Of a stretch of DNA of 64,000 bases, positions 1-13,556 are shown one piece after another. The stretch covers positions 682,001 to 746,000 of the forward strand of contig NW_027117351.1 of the NCBI RefSeq assembly GCF_038025025.1, in the 5' to 3' direction. Position numbers and translations under genes: made by a program. A model generated the notes under the pieces. The model did not search any database. It was not told the origin of the DNA and saw only the letters and a list, made by a program, of their open reading frames with translations. Within the stretch, counting starts at the first letter, position 1; the number at the start of each line of letters is the position of its first letter. Origin of the DNA: Phyllosticta citribraziliensis. Taxonomy: Eukaryota.

Positions 1-434
1 CAGCGATCGGTCCATTGTCCGATGAGCTTGTAGGCTGACATGAGGGATTTGTTGCTCTTGTCGGCGTTGGTTTTGCTCTGGGCGCGGTTGAGCTCGCGGC
101 TGCGGAGGCCGCCGTCGTTGAAGGAGATGTTGGTTTGCAGCTGGGAGCCGTTCAAGAGCGGGTTTGCAGCGTCACCGACACGGGAGGGGTCGTCGCCGTT
201 TTGATCGTCGTTGGAAAAAGTGCGCCATTCTGAGCGAGTGTCGACGACGCGGGCCGAAAGCACGAGGCCGCAGGATCCGCAGACGGTGTCGCCGTTGGAG
301 AACTCTTCGATGAGATTGGGAGGCGTTTCTTTGCAGTCCGGGCAGATGAGGTGAATGTTGAAGTTGTCGACATACTCGTCGTCGTGTGCGCTTGCGATGG
401 GAGCCTGGCGCACCTCACCGGGGGAGAGAGCCAT
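1..434 (-). CDS. SUA7: Transcription initiation factor TFIIB, N-terminal part (gene runs off the window start)
   Basis: The minus strand from ATG 434 reads [10 protein letters not shown]...[66 protein letters not shown]. This has the CxxC..CxxC zinc ribbon and the B-reader/B-linker motifs EWRTF and DPSRVG. It is not in the ORF track because the stop lies outside the window. Confidence 0.97.
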   Translation of the reverse strand, partial: MALSPGEVRQAPIASAHDDEYVDNFNIHLICPDCKETPPNLIEEFSNGDTVCGSCGLVLSARVVDTRSEWRTFSNDDQNGDDPSRVGDAANPLLNGSQLQTNISFNDGGLRSRELNRAQSKTNADKSNKSLMSAYKLIGQWTDR

Positions 435-1074
435 TTCGAAGAGGGTGTTGAGAAGCGGATTTGAGGGTAGGCTGAGAGTACCGGTGCTGGTACGAAGAGT
501 CGTGAGAGGCTTTCGCTGGAGGTCGGCGGCGACTCGAGGAGAGCAGAAGCGTAAAGAGCGTGGCTGACAACAAGTGTCGAGCAGTAGCGGGAAGGTTGGA
601 GGCGTTGAGCACCGGGTGGAGGTGGTCAGTGGAGGGTGGTGAAGAGGGTAAGGGACAAAGAGATGGGACGGTGCCTGGCGCTGAAGAGAAGCGCTGTCGA
701 CGGCGCGGCTGAGTCAGCGGACGGTAAGGCTGGATTCACGTGACTTGGAACCGCCCAACTTTCCATTACGACCACAAAGCGAGTGGTTGAGGAGCATGAG
801 CCTAGGCGTCTTGACCAAACAATTGCTTCCAGTCATAACGACAACCAGAGTTGGACTTTGTGTTGGCAAACAGAGCACCCCTGCGGTTTCGGAGCGTCAG
901 GTTGAGGTCGGTACCGGCGGTCCAACCGAAGCCAAGGCAGCGCGCTTCAGCTTCGGTTCTCGGGTCCGTGCTGTTGCGGGCTTGCGGCTCAAACTCGCAA
1001 CTTCGTTCACCTCACTACCCACGGCAGCGAAGGAGACCCTGCACCTCGAGAAGCATCACCACCCCCACGTCATC

Positions 1075-1562
1075 ATGCTTGCTCAGACAATCCGGGCCTC
1101 GGTGAGATGGCAATCTGTCGAATTGTGATGGCATCAACTGACAGCTGCTTGCAGAGCCGTTCCCTCGGCCGTGTCGCCGTCAACGTCAGCGCGCGCCGTA
1201 CCTTGTTGACTCCCACGGCCGTCCGTCAAGGTACATCACATGGCTAGCCTCCAGCGCATTGCAAACGACCCAATGATTAATCAATTGCAGCCGACCTCGT
1301 CCAGGACATGTACCTGCGCGAGCTCAAGAACTACAAGCCCACGCCCGTCAAGCCCCAGGACGCCGAGGGCCACGTCCAGAAGTTTTCCATTCCCGCCGCG
1401 CCCAAGTCGCCCGAGGAGACGGACCTCGCGAACGAGTTGAAGGCGTACGAGACGCAGCAGGTCGAGGTTGAGGGCCAGGCATCCTCGGGCGAGGCTGCCC
1501 CGGTCGAGCAGGACTGGTTTGAGGAGGAGGAGGAGGAGGAGCCGGCTGCCGCCCACCACTAG
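1075..1562 (+). CDS. ATP14: Mitochondrial ATP synthase subunit h
   Basis: Exons 1075-1101, 1155-1230 and 1291-1562 with GT-AG introns. The protein MLAQTIRASSRSLGRVAVNVSARRTLLTPTAVRQADLVQDMYLRELKNYKP...EEEEPAAAHH has an Arg/Ser-rich presequence, the DLVQDxYLRELK motif and an acidic tail. Confidence 0.93.
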
Positions 1563-2412
1563 AGGGTCGGACAGGAAACGGAAACGGGCGGGCAACATCG
1601 TTCTGGACGACTTGCTGCGTGATTGGGGCGGGCCGTCAGACCAAGAGACTCTCCAGCGCCAGGTCAGGGCAGGTTAGCTAGACGATGGAGCTTCTATGCT
1701 TCCTACAAGAATCCTGTGGACGGCACGGGCCGACGTCAGAGTGCACGTTGGTGTGAGAGGAGGAGAGATAGTTTTAGGTCATGTGTTGTGTGCGAGCAAT
1801 TTTTGCGGTTTGCAGCAAGCAATGGATGCATGATTGGGGCGTTTACACCGTGAGCCACACGTCGTTTGCATCGGTTTGAGTGCCCAAGGTCGGATTGCAA
1901 AGTCCCAAGCGGATGATGTACACGGCTTTGATGATGAGAGGGGTTTGCTTTATGGAACGGGGGCAGGGGGCAAGGGGTGGCAGCAGCAGCAGCGGCGGCG
2001 GCGGCGACGGAAATGACATGGCAGGCTGGCACTCTGGTCACACAGGGCTCTGGGGCTTGCTAGACGAGATGCCATGTTGTTGTCTCGAAGGGGAGGCTTG
2101 GCCGTCAGCATTGACCGACGGGAGACATGGAGGGAAGAGGAGGGCGAGACAGGGCGGAGAGAGGGACAAGACACGACGCAACGCGACGAGACGAGACGGC
2201 GGGCCACATGGCGTTAGCACATGTAGCTATACATGTAATGTACAGTAGCCCAAGACAAGACGCGGCGCGGCAGACGGACAGTTAGTGACCTACCAGGTAG
2301 TGAGGTGACTGATGGAGCTCGGCGGCTGGCGGTTCCGTCGGTCTAGTTGCCCGTTTCCATGTTCCATGCCCTTCGACATGGCATGCCATGCGCTCGACTT
2401 GTCTTGGTTCAG

Positions 2413-2451
<39 letters not shown>

Positions 2452-2490
2452 GTGCGCTGCGCTGCGCTGCGCTGCGCTGCGCTGCTCTGC
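2413..2490. repeat. Compound microsatellite (TTGC)n followed by (GCTGC)n
   Basis: Directly visible, at the start of the long pyrimidine-rich leader upstream of the DUF1765-like gene. Confidence 0.9.
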
Positions 2491-3247
2491 GTTGGACTCG
2501 CTCTCTGACATTACTCTTCTCCTCCCCTTCTCCTACTCTCTGTTGTCATATCGCTCTCGCCTTGCTGAGGTCGCTCGTCTGTACCTACCACACCACACGT
2601 CCCTCCACCTGTCTGCTGCACCCGACCCGACCTCCGCAAGACCACCTACACGCTCGTTTCCCCTCTCGCGACCTCGAGACCCGTCCTGTCCGCTCAGCTT
2701 CTCCTCGTACCCCCCTCATCTCTGCCCTCCCCTTCCGCCCCCTCGACAATAACAAAGGACCCACTGCCGCACCGTCGCCTGAGAGCTCCGCCCCCCCCAG
2801 CTGATATCGGCCGCACTGCACGTCAGCTTGCGCAAGCTGCTATTTCGTCCCCACGCCCGTACCGACTCTCCCTCGCTCCTCTCTTCCCTTCTGTCCACTC
2901 GTCCGCCCGTTCGCTCGCTCTCTCGCCCTCTCGCCCTCTCGCTCCCTCCACCGCCGCCCAGGCTCGGTTGCTGTTCCAAACCTCCCGCCGTCTGCACCCA
3001 ACCCGCTCCGGACCTCTGAAACCCGTCCGCCAAACCCCTGCAACCCGTCCGACGCTGTCGCCTTCGCAACCTCATCTCGTGTCTGTCCTGGCGCGCCCAC
3101 CTTCGCTTTTTTCGTCTGTTCGTCCTCGGGAGAGATAATGGGGAGTCGGAGCTAGTTTCCCTGTGACGTCTTACCCTGCCGCCGAACCGCACCCCCATTC
3201 CTAGCGGAGCATTCCCCATCCAACAGGCATTGATTGCTCCCGCCGCC

Positions 3248-6200
3248 ATGGCCACCGAAGTTGGCAGCTCCTCTGCCCCGACCGTCATTGGGAGAGAGAG
3301 GAGCATATCAGACGCCGGAGCCGCCCACAACCTCGCCCAAGACCCTCGCGCCCCCGAAGCCGTCCACCTCCCTCGTTCCGCCAGCTACACCTACTTTCCT
3401 CCCGTAAAGGATTTGGACTACGAGGAGCAACCCGTCGTGGAGCTCAAAGGCAAAATTTCAGAGGCGGAATTGAGATCTTCCAGAGATGAGGACTCGCCGT
3501 ACTCGTCGTCCGGAGGCTCCACGCCGGAAAACGAGCCCAGCAACCTTCCTACGTCTCCTCCTTCGAAACCAGAGCCTCCACTGCAGCAACCTGCGCGGAT
3601 TAGGCTTTCTAGGCTCTTGTCCACGACTTCGAGGGAACCTCGAGCAGCGCCCGTGTCACAGGCCGAGCGTGACCAACACAAGGAGGACAAGACAAGGGGA
3701 TCCGAAAGGGGTAGAGATTCGGAGGCGAAGAAGGTATCTAAGCCTCAACAAGTGGAACAACACGACAGTTCAAAGTCCAAACGGCCATCTGCTCACAAGC
3801 GCAAGTCCTGGGTTCCGTCGCGATCAAACGAGCCGTCACCAAGCAAGGTTGAAGAAACAGATGGCAGCCCCAGACCTTCTCCCGAACGCCGTCGCAGCAT
3901 CATCAGTGCCCCCCGAAGAAAATCAATCCTCCGCAAAGAGTCAGAAGGTCCGCCAGAGGATCGCTCGTCTCCCAAGCCGGCCCGTCGAAAGTCCGCCGTT
4001 GGGAAAGAAGCTGAACCCCCCATAACAGAGGAAGATCGCCCTAGCAACCGCACGTCAAGACGGCTGTCGATTCTGCGCAAGACGTCAGACCAACCTAATC
4101 CCGAAGAAGAGCGCTTAAAGACGGTGAAGAAGGGTAATGTTCTGACCAAAAAGCCTAAAAAAGGGCCGGATACGCCACTCCCGCCATTACAGACGGTCCA
4201 GGATGAAGGCGTCCCGCCCGTGCCCCAAGTGCCCGCGGCGAGCAAATCGTCTAATCGACCGAATCCTACGAGCCCTGCCAAATCCATGCCTAGCTCTCCC
4301 CAACTCGGACAGTCCTTTTCCACTGACAGGCTCCCGTCACTACTCCGATCACCTCCCTCGTCCGAATCCATTCCGCCCGTTCCACGACACAAAATTTCTT
4401 CAGACAAGCTCAAGACCTTTTCGTTAGACACACCGAAAAAGAAAGACGAGCTTTGGGGTCAATTCCGGACCCTTGATGGTGACTTTCAAAAGTGAGTGCT
4501 CTCCAAGGTGCCAAAAGCTTTCCGGATGCTGATTGAACAGATTCTCGTCGAAATCGATTGCGCTCAAGGCCAATGTGGTTAGACAGTGCCTTTTCCCCTT
4601 TCTCCGCACCTATGCGAACCATCCCTCCACTCTTCGCCTTCGTCCGGAAGATTTGGACCGGCGCACTAATATATTGAACAAATGGTGGACTGGGCTCCTG
4701 GAGATGATCAATGGCAAGAACAATCAGTCGATATCGGGGTCCGACAGGCCCCATATCCTAGAGGCCATCATCGGCATCATGGAGAGGCCAGAATGGAGGT
4801 CGCACCCGTCCCCCTTTTGCCGTCTTGCGGAAAAGCAGGCTGGGCTTGATCCAGCCCGGTCTCGGTCTTCTTCGTCCGTGGCATCTTCTGGTGACTCGGA
4901 CTTTCTCATGGAATCCGTGCATCACAACGTCCGCAACACCTTCATACAGAATCTGACGGCGCAGATGGCATTTGCTGTGGACAAAATGTCTCTTCGCAAT
5001 GCGCCAGCAACTCTCGTGACCTTCAGCGGCAAGACGTGCGCCTACGCCTTCTTTTTCGTCCCCGGCATGGCCGACATACTCGTTCGTTTATGGTCCCCCT
5101 CTCTCGACGCCATGCGCCGCGTCATGTTTGAATCCAAAGTGTCGGACAGATCGAAACTTGACCAGGTTTCCAGCCGCATTCTTCCAGCGTTTCCGCCCAA
5201 TCTTTACGGTCTGGGCTTTACTAATTTGCACAAAACCTTCCGTGGCCTGCGCAAGCCAGCACCTTTTCCACTGGGGACCTCCTCGCTCCCTTGGTATGGT
5301 TCGTGGGTGAAGAGGTGGTCCGGGACGGAAAGCGACCTATTTTATGTCTTTTCCAAATACTTTCACATCCTTGTTACAGACTTTCTTCCTCCAGACACGA
5401 CAGCTGCTGAAAGACTCTGCGCTCCCGGATTAATCATGGTCCACGCTCAAATCTTGACAAACCTGGACGAAACACTCCACCGACACGCGGCCATGTCCGG
5501 GCAAAAAGATGAAGAAATGCACATCGCCTCTTCCATCACATTTGACGATGTTTTGGCCGATGGGCCGGATGCTGCCGCGTCAGCTTTGCCCATTCCGCCA
5601 GCCAACGCCGTGAGACTAATGGCCGAAAACCGATTAATTATGCTCCTGCGCGACTTTCTGTCACTCGGGAGCTCTCATCTAGCCTCGGCACCTCATATAT
5701 TTGCAGAGGCTTTTAGCAGTCTCCTTCAGGCGTCAGCGCGTCGGGTTTCCATGTTCGATCACAACGCGTCTTATACCCTATGCGATTTCCTCGAAGAAGC
5801 GCTCAACATTCTTCTCCGCTATGAGCGCACTCGCCCCGAGGACAAATCAGTCTTGGATTGGGGTTTTTGGATTTCAGTGTACAAACGCATGACTCAAAGC
5901 CACAACACCACCACGGAGATTCGCCTTCTCTCGTTCTTGTACAGCCTATGGGCCACGATTGTCGAGGATCAGGACCGCAAGTTGCAGCTTTGCCAGGAAT
6001 TCCTCCTGCAGCCCGATTTTTTCGAAAGCAGATTCAACCACTGGTGTCCCATGTTGAGGGCGTATTACATGCGCCTCCTCTGCTGGCGCATAGCCAGGTT
6101 TGACGGTGGCGAGCCAACAGAGGCTGAATTGTAAGTGACGGATTGCTGAATTTGGATGAGACGAAAGCTAACGTCTGATTTAGCAAAATTTTCAGTATGC

Positions 6201-7036
6201 TAGAAGAGAGGTTGCAATCCGTCTGGGCCCACTACATCTTTCTTTCGGAAAATGCCCAGTCGAGGGACGAGACGCTTCCTTCGACGACGCCATGCAACCC
6301 GGCACCAGGCAGACGGCTTCTTATAATTCGCCACGATGCACCACTGTCTCCCGCAAACGGGCCTTTTCTTTCCTTTGATGGCATCGTCTCCAACATGCCG
6401 CGCAATCAAGCAAGCAATGCCCTGGAAGCCCAGATAAACGAGACGACGCTGCGTCCAACGTCTTCCTTGTCTGCAGCTTCGGATTCTTCCGACGTCGAAT
6501 CTGAAGAAACTGGAAAGAAGCCACGTTGGGGCCTACTACGCTCCCTTCTCCGTGTGCCAGGCCAGGGTCGTTCGAAATCTCGTAGCCCGGACCCTTCTTC
6601 CCGCAAGAAGGAGGACCCAAAAACAGAATCGGACTCCACCTCCCCGCCATCTGGAAAGAAAAGCAACACGCCGAATGTGCCGCCTCACCGCAGTTACTGC
6701 TTCCGATTTTCGCTCGAGTGGGTCAATGACAAACGTTTTGCCTCTCCTGGGCCGATGCGACTTTTCCCTCCTCGCCTGCCTCCAGCGGCGCACAACTTCC
6801 TTCTCTCGCAGCGTACCGAGGAGGAGGCGCTGGCCCATAAATCGATTCCGAGCGTGAAGCCAGAAGGGGAAGCGGTTATATCGAGCAAATATGCAGGTCG
6901 TGCGCTCGGCGAGTGGGCCATCGTGGTTGGAGAATGCCAAAGCTTCTTTCAACGCAGGAAGGATGAAGGTGTACCAAGCAACAAACTTGTCGAGACACCT
7001 ACGCTGGGAGTCGAGGTATTCCGCAGGCCAGGCTGA
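3248..7036 (+). CDS. DUF1765/UPF0592-family conserved fungal protein with a long disordered N-terminus
   Basis: Exons 3248-4491, 4541-6130 and 6184-7036 (introns GTGAGT..AACAG and GTAAGT..TTAG) join three ORF-track ORFs in frame. Conserved-looking blocks: LRPEDLDRRTNILNKWW, FNHWCPMLRAYYMRLLCWR, KYAGRALGEW. The family call is from memory of these motifs. Confidence 0.8.
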
Positions 7037-10000
7037 GTTCCGCTCCATCCGAGTCCCTGGGACAAGTTCCGGACACGAAAAGTTCACGTGCTCTGATTAC
7101 ACCGCCACTTTTTGCAGCCTAAAACGACTCATGTCTAAAATGTGGATGAACATCACTTGAAAGTGAGATTGCTATGGAATCGGGGTCGATGAGGTCTTTT
7201 ATGTGGCTGTGGATGCCATTTCTCTGCACTGGATGCCAAGGTGGATCTGTCTTCAGCGATTCATGTGAGTTTCGCGGCGTCATCAGCTGAATCTTCACAT
7301 CCAGTTGTTCCGTTCGGTTCCTTTTGCTCAGATTTTCTGTTTTTCTGGGACATTCTGGAGCACGTAATTCGCATTGCATGGGCGGCTCCGTTTTGTTTTG
7401 TTTGTCTTTCCTTGCTAGTGCATCGCAACAAGTACACTGCATTTTTATCCAAGTTTACTGAGGACAGATCAGGAGTTATTGTATACACGGCCGAGAACTG
7501 TTTCATACCTTAACGCCCTTTGCCCCATGTCTGTCTGTTGTCTGTAAAACCATTCTCCAGCCCACTCCTGTCAAGGTAGAGGGAGAGCGCTGCTTCAAAC
7601 AGCGGCACCAGAATCGAAGCTTCAATTTGGCTCCATCTGACGACAGATTTTGCGGTCGACAAGGTTGACCTGATGACGTGCGCAAGCTGCTTCGTGTTTT
7701 GAGTGCAGATCAACACCGGGGGGCTTTGAAACTTTCACCTTGGATTCCCCGGAATCTGAAGGTCTGGCATACCCATGGCCCGGGCCGAGACCAGGGCAGA
7801 TGCCTGGACGGACCAGTTCAGCTCGACTCCAACGCGGGTTCTCGCCGGATCGTGGCCTTCGTCAACCCCCCACAAGAGAAGGAGGTGCGACAAGATAAAC
7901 GCTAAAAAGTTTCAGAGCAAAGCGTCGACGCTTCATCAGCCGCGCGACCGGCTGGGAAAAGATACGAACAGCGCGAGACTGCGAGCTTTTGAGCAGAAAA
8001 TAGCTGCCATGAAACCCGGGTTTAATTTGGCAACAAAACCGACCAAAGTTTGCGGCTGATCATCAACTACGAGATCTGGGAGAAATGATCAGGAGTCTGA
8101 GATGGCAAGAGATCATCCTTCGTGCAGCCTAGCGGAGCTCGATGCAGCTAATCGTCGCGAGTACGAGTGTTCAAGCGTGGTGTTGGGAGGTCGGGCACGA
8201 ACTGGGGAAGAGCCGGGTCTCCGCGACACAAGCCTGCGCGCTGGTATGGCCTGGCTAGCAAGTCGACGCAGCCTGCCAAGCACCCAAAACGCCACGGTGT
8301 TGAACCTCAAGCTCTTTGCGTCCTTCCATCGCCTTTCTGTCATGTCAACCTTCACGGCGAGCTTTAGTCAAGGACATCTATTTCTGAATATCGCGGTGCC
8401 GGCCGCTACCGGTGTTAAACACCAATTTCCTGCTATTGCACGCTTCTTCGGCCGACTCTTCGTATCTTATACGCGTTTGTCTCTTATCGTGTTGAATGCG
8501 CTGACTGTTTTGTAGCTCAACCACGCGTCTTGAATCTACAATGCATGCCCCGCGTCAGCACGGAAGGAGCGGCGAAAACCTGATCAATGCAGAAAAAGGA
8601 ACAAGTCTGGATGGAGCAGCAATACGAAGCGCGTTTCCAAGCCCAATATTGGCCGTGCTGTCAACACCAACCCGTCATCCCCTCAGCCCGCGCAGAACCA
8701 AAGAAACCGGCACATCCCTGCCAAGAGCAGCAATAAACCGGCACTGGGCGTGGAGCGTTCCTGGGGGAGGGGGTCAGCTGCCTGCCTGTGCCATGTTCAG
8801 GGACCAAACCACCCACCCAGCCTGCCATATCACTGCAATTTGCCTGGGTGCGAGGCGGCCGGTCCAGCTTAGCGGCCCAGGAATGCGCCGGTCCCGCGTT
8901 AGCACACCCAGAGACGCTAGACTTGTCTGCGCAGTCGCTCTCGCGTGCGGCGAACTGTTCTGGCGGGTTTCGACTGTCTGCCTGCTCTGCAGCCTGCCGG
9001 TGGGCATCACTGTCTTCTGGCGATTGCACATTGCACAATGGATGATGGCATGCTGCAGATAACTTTAGCCCAAGGCAGCCGCTGTAAATCGTCGGTTGAG
9101 GCTCAGCCCTGCGCATAACGACTACCTGTGTGAGAACATGCAGAGGCACACAGGCTACAGGCTGTGCTATTAGCAAAGCTTTGGAATATGCTTCACGGCA
9201 ACAAGCATTTTTTGCAGCAGAACACCGACCCAGATTTAGAATGTCCAACCCGGGAGCTGAACTGTACGCACGAGTCGCCTATTCCTGCCAAATGGACACG
9301 GATCAAAGCATGTTGAGGAATATAGCGTCTCACGGAAATAAGTCGACCATAATTGTGCCATTGACAGGGCGGGAAAGTCAATACACCAAGCTGGTGCAGG
9401 CTCGTACGTTGGACCTACACTCACGACCTCCAGACGAAGCCGAGACCAAGAGGCCAAATGGCTTGGGGTAACAAGCCAACGCTGACGCCGAGATCAGAAG
9501 GCTGCAAGAGAGAGACCAAACGCGCTGACCTGTCGGAGGCAGCATTCTCAGTCTCCGCGATTGGTCGAAGGCACAGATGTTCGGCATCATGACTGCGTGT
9601 TTGGGGCAAGGCACGGAAACAACGACATGCGAATCTGAATCCCATGCCGGTCATCACAGAGCGCCTGGTTGGTCCTCGCACTCGGTTTCCGGCCCGCCAG
9701 CGAGGACAGCTCCCGTCGAGTATCTCCGGACGGCTGTGGCGCCGCTCTGCTGCTGCTACTTCCCTCATGTCACATCATGCGGGATCGTCGCTCGGACCAC
9801 AGGCACGCCGGCCGTCTCGAACCAGGCTAGCATCTCACGTCCGGACCAAGAAGGACCCGTCTCCACCGAGACTAGCAATCTTTTTTTGGTGACTGGTGGT
9901 GGTGGTGGTGTGCAACTGAGAAACGGAGCAGTCTTACAGCTCGTGCGCGCGGATTGCCGACTATAAAGTGCCTCGCCACCGCCATGGTGGACAAAATGGT

Positions 10001-10130
10001 CGTCGTGTTACTTGGTAGTGCTCTTCATATTTCTGTTGCTCTTCTTCGTCCAGTTGTGTCTCAGCGTATATACCCTCTTGTCTGTTGTGTTGTCTCCTTG
10101 TTCTGCTTTTTCCGCGTGCGCTTCTCCATA

Positions 10131-11259
10131 ATGCGTCTATCCCAAGGCCCTCTATTCTGTCTTCTGGTCACTGGCGCTGTTCAGGCCCTTTCCTTCAACG
10201 ACGTCTCCTCCAACATCAAACGAGGTACCGACGCGGCCGTTTCGAGCGTCAAAGATGCCGCCCACAATCTCTTCGCGAGACAAGCCTCGGCCAGGAAAAA
10301 CACCTGTCCCAAGATCTGGTCACAGGTAGCATCGGACCTTCGGGACGCCTTTGTCTCTGGCGGGCAGTGCAATGACGATGCGCGGGCTGCTATCCGTTTG
10401 GCCTTCCACGACTGCATCTCCGGCGCCGGCTGTGATGGCTCCATCATTCTCGCCAACGAGTACACGCGGTCAGAGAACAGGGGGTTGGAAGATATTGCAG
10501 TCAAGGTTGGAGACTGGGCTCAGCAATACAACGTCGGCACGGCGGACATGATTGCCTTTGCCGCAGGTACGCTGCCAGCCCCCTTCCACAAAGCATTCAA
10601 TTTGAACAATACCGCTTACCAATTCTCACCTTCCAGCGTCCGGCATATCAGCCTGCCCCGGCGGGCCCAAAATCAACGCCCTCGTCGGCCGCAAAGACAG
10701 CTCCAAGCCGGCCCCCGAAGGCCAAATCCCGTCGCCGAAATCCAGCGTGAGCAAGCTGCTGTCGCAGTTCGCGGCCAAGGGCTTCAGCGCGACGGACATG
10801 GCGGCGCTGGTGGGCGCGCACACGGCGGCCAAGCAGCGCTTCGCGGTGCCCAAGAAGGCCGGCAGCCCGCTCGACTCGACGCCCGGCTCGTGGGACACCA
10901 AGTTCTACAGCCAGACGCTGGACGGCTCGGCGCCCGTCTCGCTCGACTCGGACGTGCGCATCAGCCAGGACGACAGGACGAGCGGCGCTTTTCAGCGCTT
11001 TCAGAGTATGGCGACGTGGGCTGCGGCGTTTGTGCCGGCGTATGTCTTTCCGCCCTTTTTGACTCCCCGAGAGGCTCAAGTCACTTGGTGGTGGAGTTCG
11101 GTGTGCTGACGGCTTTGCAGTATGAATAAAATGACGACCATTGGCAACGGCGGGCAGAATCTCGTCGACTGCACCTCGGTCATCAAGTCTGCCAGCCGGG
11201 GCATCAGCATCAGGGCCGCGCCGCTGGCGGACCGCGTGCGGGACTCGGTGGAGGAATAG
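10131..11259 (+). CDS. Secreted class II-type (AA2) heme peroxidase, generic type
   Basis: Exons 10131-10566, 10637-11039 and 11121-11259. Signal peptide MRLSQGPLFCLLVTGAVQA, distal RLAFHD, GCDGS, CPGGP..VGRKDS, proximal VGAHT, LDSTPGSWD and C-terminal LVDCT. Confidence 0.92.
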
Positions 11260-13556
11260 TGAACAGAGGAGGCGCCGACGCCAGGGGCTGTTGGAAGTTA
11301 TCCATTGGCATCTTTCTTGACTTTTTTGCCATGGCCTGCCTCCCTCCCTAGTTTCCTAGATTGACGACGTTCACAGAAGAGGTGTAGCTTTTCCCTTCAT
11401 TCTCTCATGTTCTTTTCTTCAAACACTTTTTTTGCCTTTGGTTTTAAGATGGAGAGGCATAGAGCAGGAGGCCCACACATCCAGAGGTTGTACGTTCGCT
11501 CGTGGCAGCAGCGGTTTGGCGTTCGGCGAAGTATATTTGGTCCAGAAGTAGACCCGGATACACCGTAAATAGACATCGAGTCCGCAATTCCAAAGTACAG
11601 ATTGAATATTGCCTTTCTATTTTCTCTCCACTCGCGTGGACTGGAATTCACGTTCGCGCTTTGCCCATCAGAATGGCCACCTACCCCCCCTTGTTCCATG
11701 CAGACCATTACCGTTCACTTGCCACGTTGGCCAAGCAAACAAGCAGTCCCCATCTTTTCCAAAGCATACGCATAGTCTCCAGTCTCCCCACAGCCCCCTT
11801 CGGCCGACGCCGCCTTATTCCAAACTCTCATCTCACACTGACACCCTCGCTTTGTGATGGATGACGTCAGCCAACAGAGACAAACGACAGGGACAGCACG
11901 CCAAAAGCGGCAAGGGGCAGAAGAGCACGTCAGAAGCGGGGCACCCTATTCAATGCAGAGTCTCTGGATGACGGGCGTGGTGATGTAGACTGTGTTTGTC
12001 GCGTCTAGATGCGTTTACTAGGAGAGGGAGGGAAATACATGACGGGATCAGCGCAAGTGTCTGCGAACGGCGGTGCTGGGGTAGATCAGAGAGAGAATGA
12101 CAGTCGGTCGGATGCAGATCCGGCCGGCACCCATCGCGCAGACAATGCGTTTTGCACGTTGCTTCGCGTCGCGTCGCGTCGCGTCGCGTCGCAGCCGTGC
12201 CGAGACAAGAGCCGCTCACCACCTACCTGTTGCATCTGCGGTGCTGTTTGATCCTGCAGACCGCACGAGGGGGGCACAGGGTGAGCAGTGGGTGAGCGGG
12301 GTACGGAGCCTGGCGAGCGACGTACTGTGCTGTGTGGAGCGTGTATCGAGACGAGATGCATCCCCAGATCATCAAGATAGGAGAGGGAGTGAGGAGACGG
12401 ACGTCAAATCAAGCCTAGCTAGAGAGATGAGTATTGCCGACGAGGCGACTGGCTGGCTGGCTACATACAGAACAACGCCGCCAACGACGAGGTATCGATG
12501 GCAACGGCTGACATGTCCTCTCGTCCAACCTGCCCAAGTCTCAGACGCGCGGGAGAACAACCGATGGAGACGCATATGCACCAGCAATCGCCAATAGACG
12601 CCGCCATCGGCAGTCGGTGAGATACTCGACCGGCTGATCATGATCATGACGTTGCGAATGTGGCTGAGGCTTATGTGTTGGCGCGTACCATGAAGCAGGC
12701 GATAGGAGCTCATGCGAGACGGGTGCAGAACAGGGCGGGCGACTCGAACTAGTGACGCGGTTTCCACATGCCGGCAGGTGGGAGCGCAGGAGTTCGCGAT
12801 GCTGAGATGGTCCCCATGTTGGGAATCGTGGGCTTCTGGAGCGTGAGACACGACGCGTTTTGCACAGGGAGGTGGGTTGGAACGCCTAGGGCGTTTCATT
12901 GGAGAAGCTGGGAGAATTCGCGCCTTTACATGCCAGCAGCCAAAGCAGCATCGGTTGGGAATATGTTGAAGCATGTCATGATTCTGATGGTGCTCATCAA
13001 CAAAATATCTTGCCCATTCATGTAGACCCCCACGTACAACCAGACCACCAGAGGGTCGGGATTCTGCTCAAACCATACTGAGAATGCTCTAGTGTTTAGG
13101 CTCGTCGGCCATTGTGTTGTAGTCTTTGCTTTTGTAAAAATGACTATCTGATGTCCATCGATGACGGTCCACAGAGGTCATATTGTCTTTTTTCGCAGGG
13201 GTTCTGTGCTTCTGTATGACTCGACCAAAGCTCTCGATAGCAAGTTGTTTTGGCTTAGCATATGAACACTGGTGACTCGTCAGCTTGAGAGACGTAGACT
13301 GCTTTTCGACAATACTGGACCTTATCTATGTCCTTTTACAGGCATTGGGTCTAATCCATGCTGCTTTGTTTGCCTCCATCTCTGGCGCGCAAAAGAAACA
13401 AGCAAGCATGCGAAGAAGTAGCGTCTGAATAACCCTCATGAGTCGACTCAATCTTGGGCGGGCGTCGATAGAAGAGGGCGCTGCTCCTTAAAGTTCGGGG
13501 CATTGGAATGTTTCGTTTGGCCGGAAAAGTGAGTTGAGCGCTGCATCCCTTGGTAC

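Noticed and set aside
9954..10130. In-frame N-terminal extension of the peroxidase ORF
   Set aside because: ATG 10131 starts a clean signal peptide, and the upstream part contains TATA-like and CT-rich promoter sequence.
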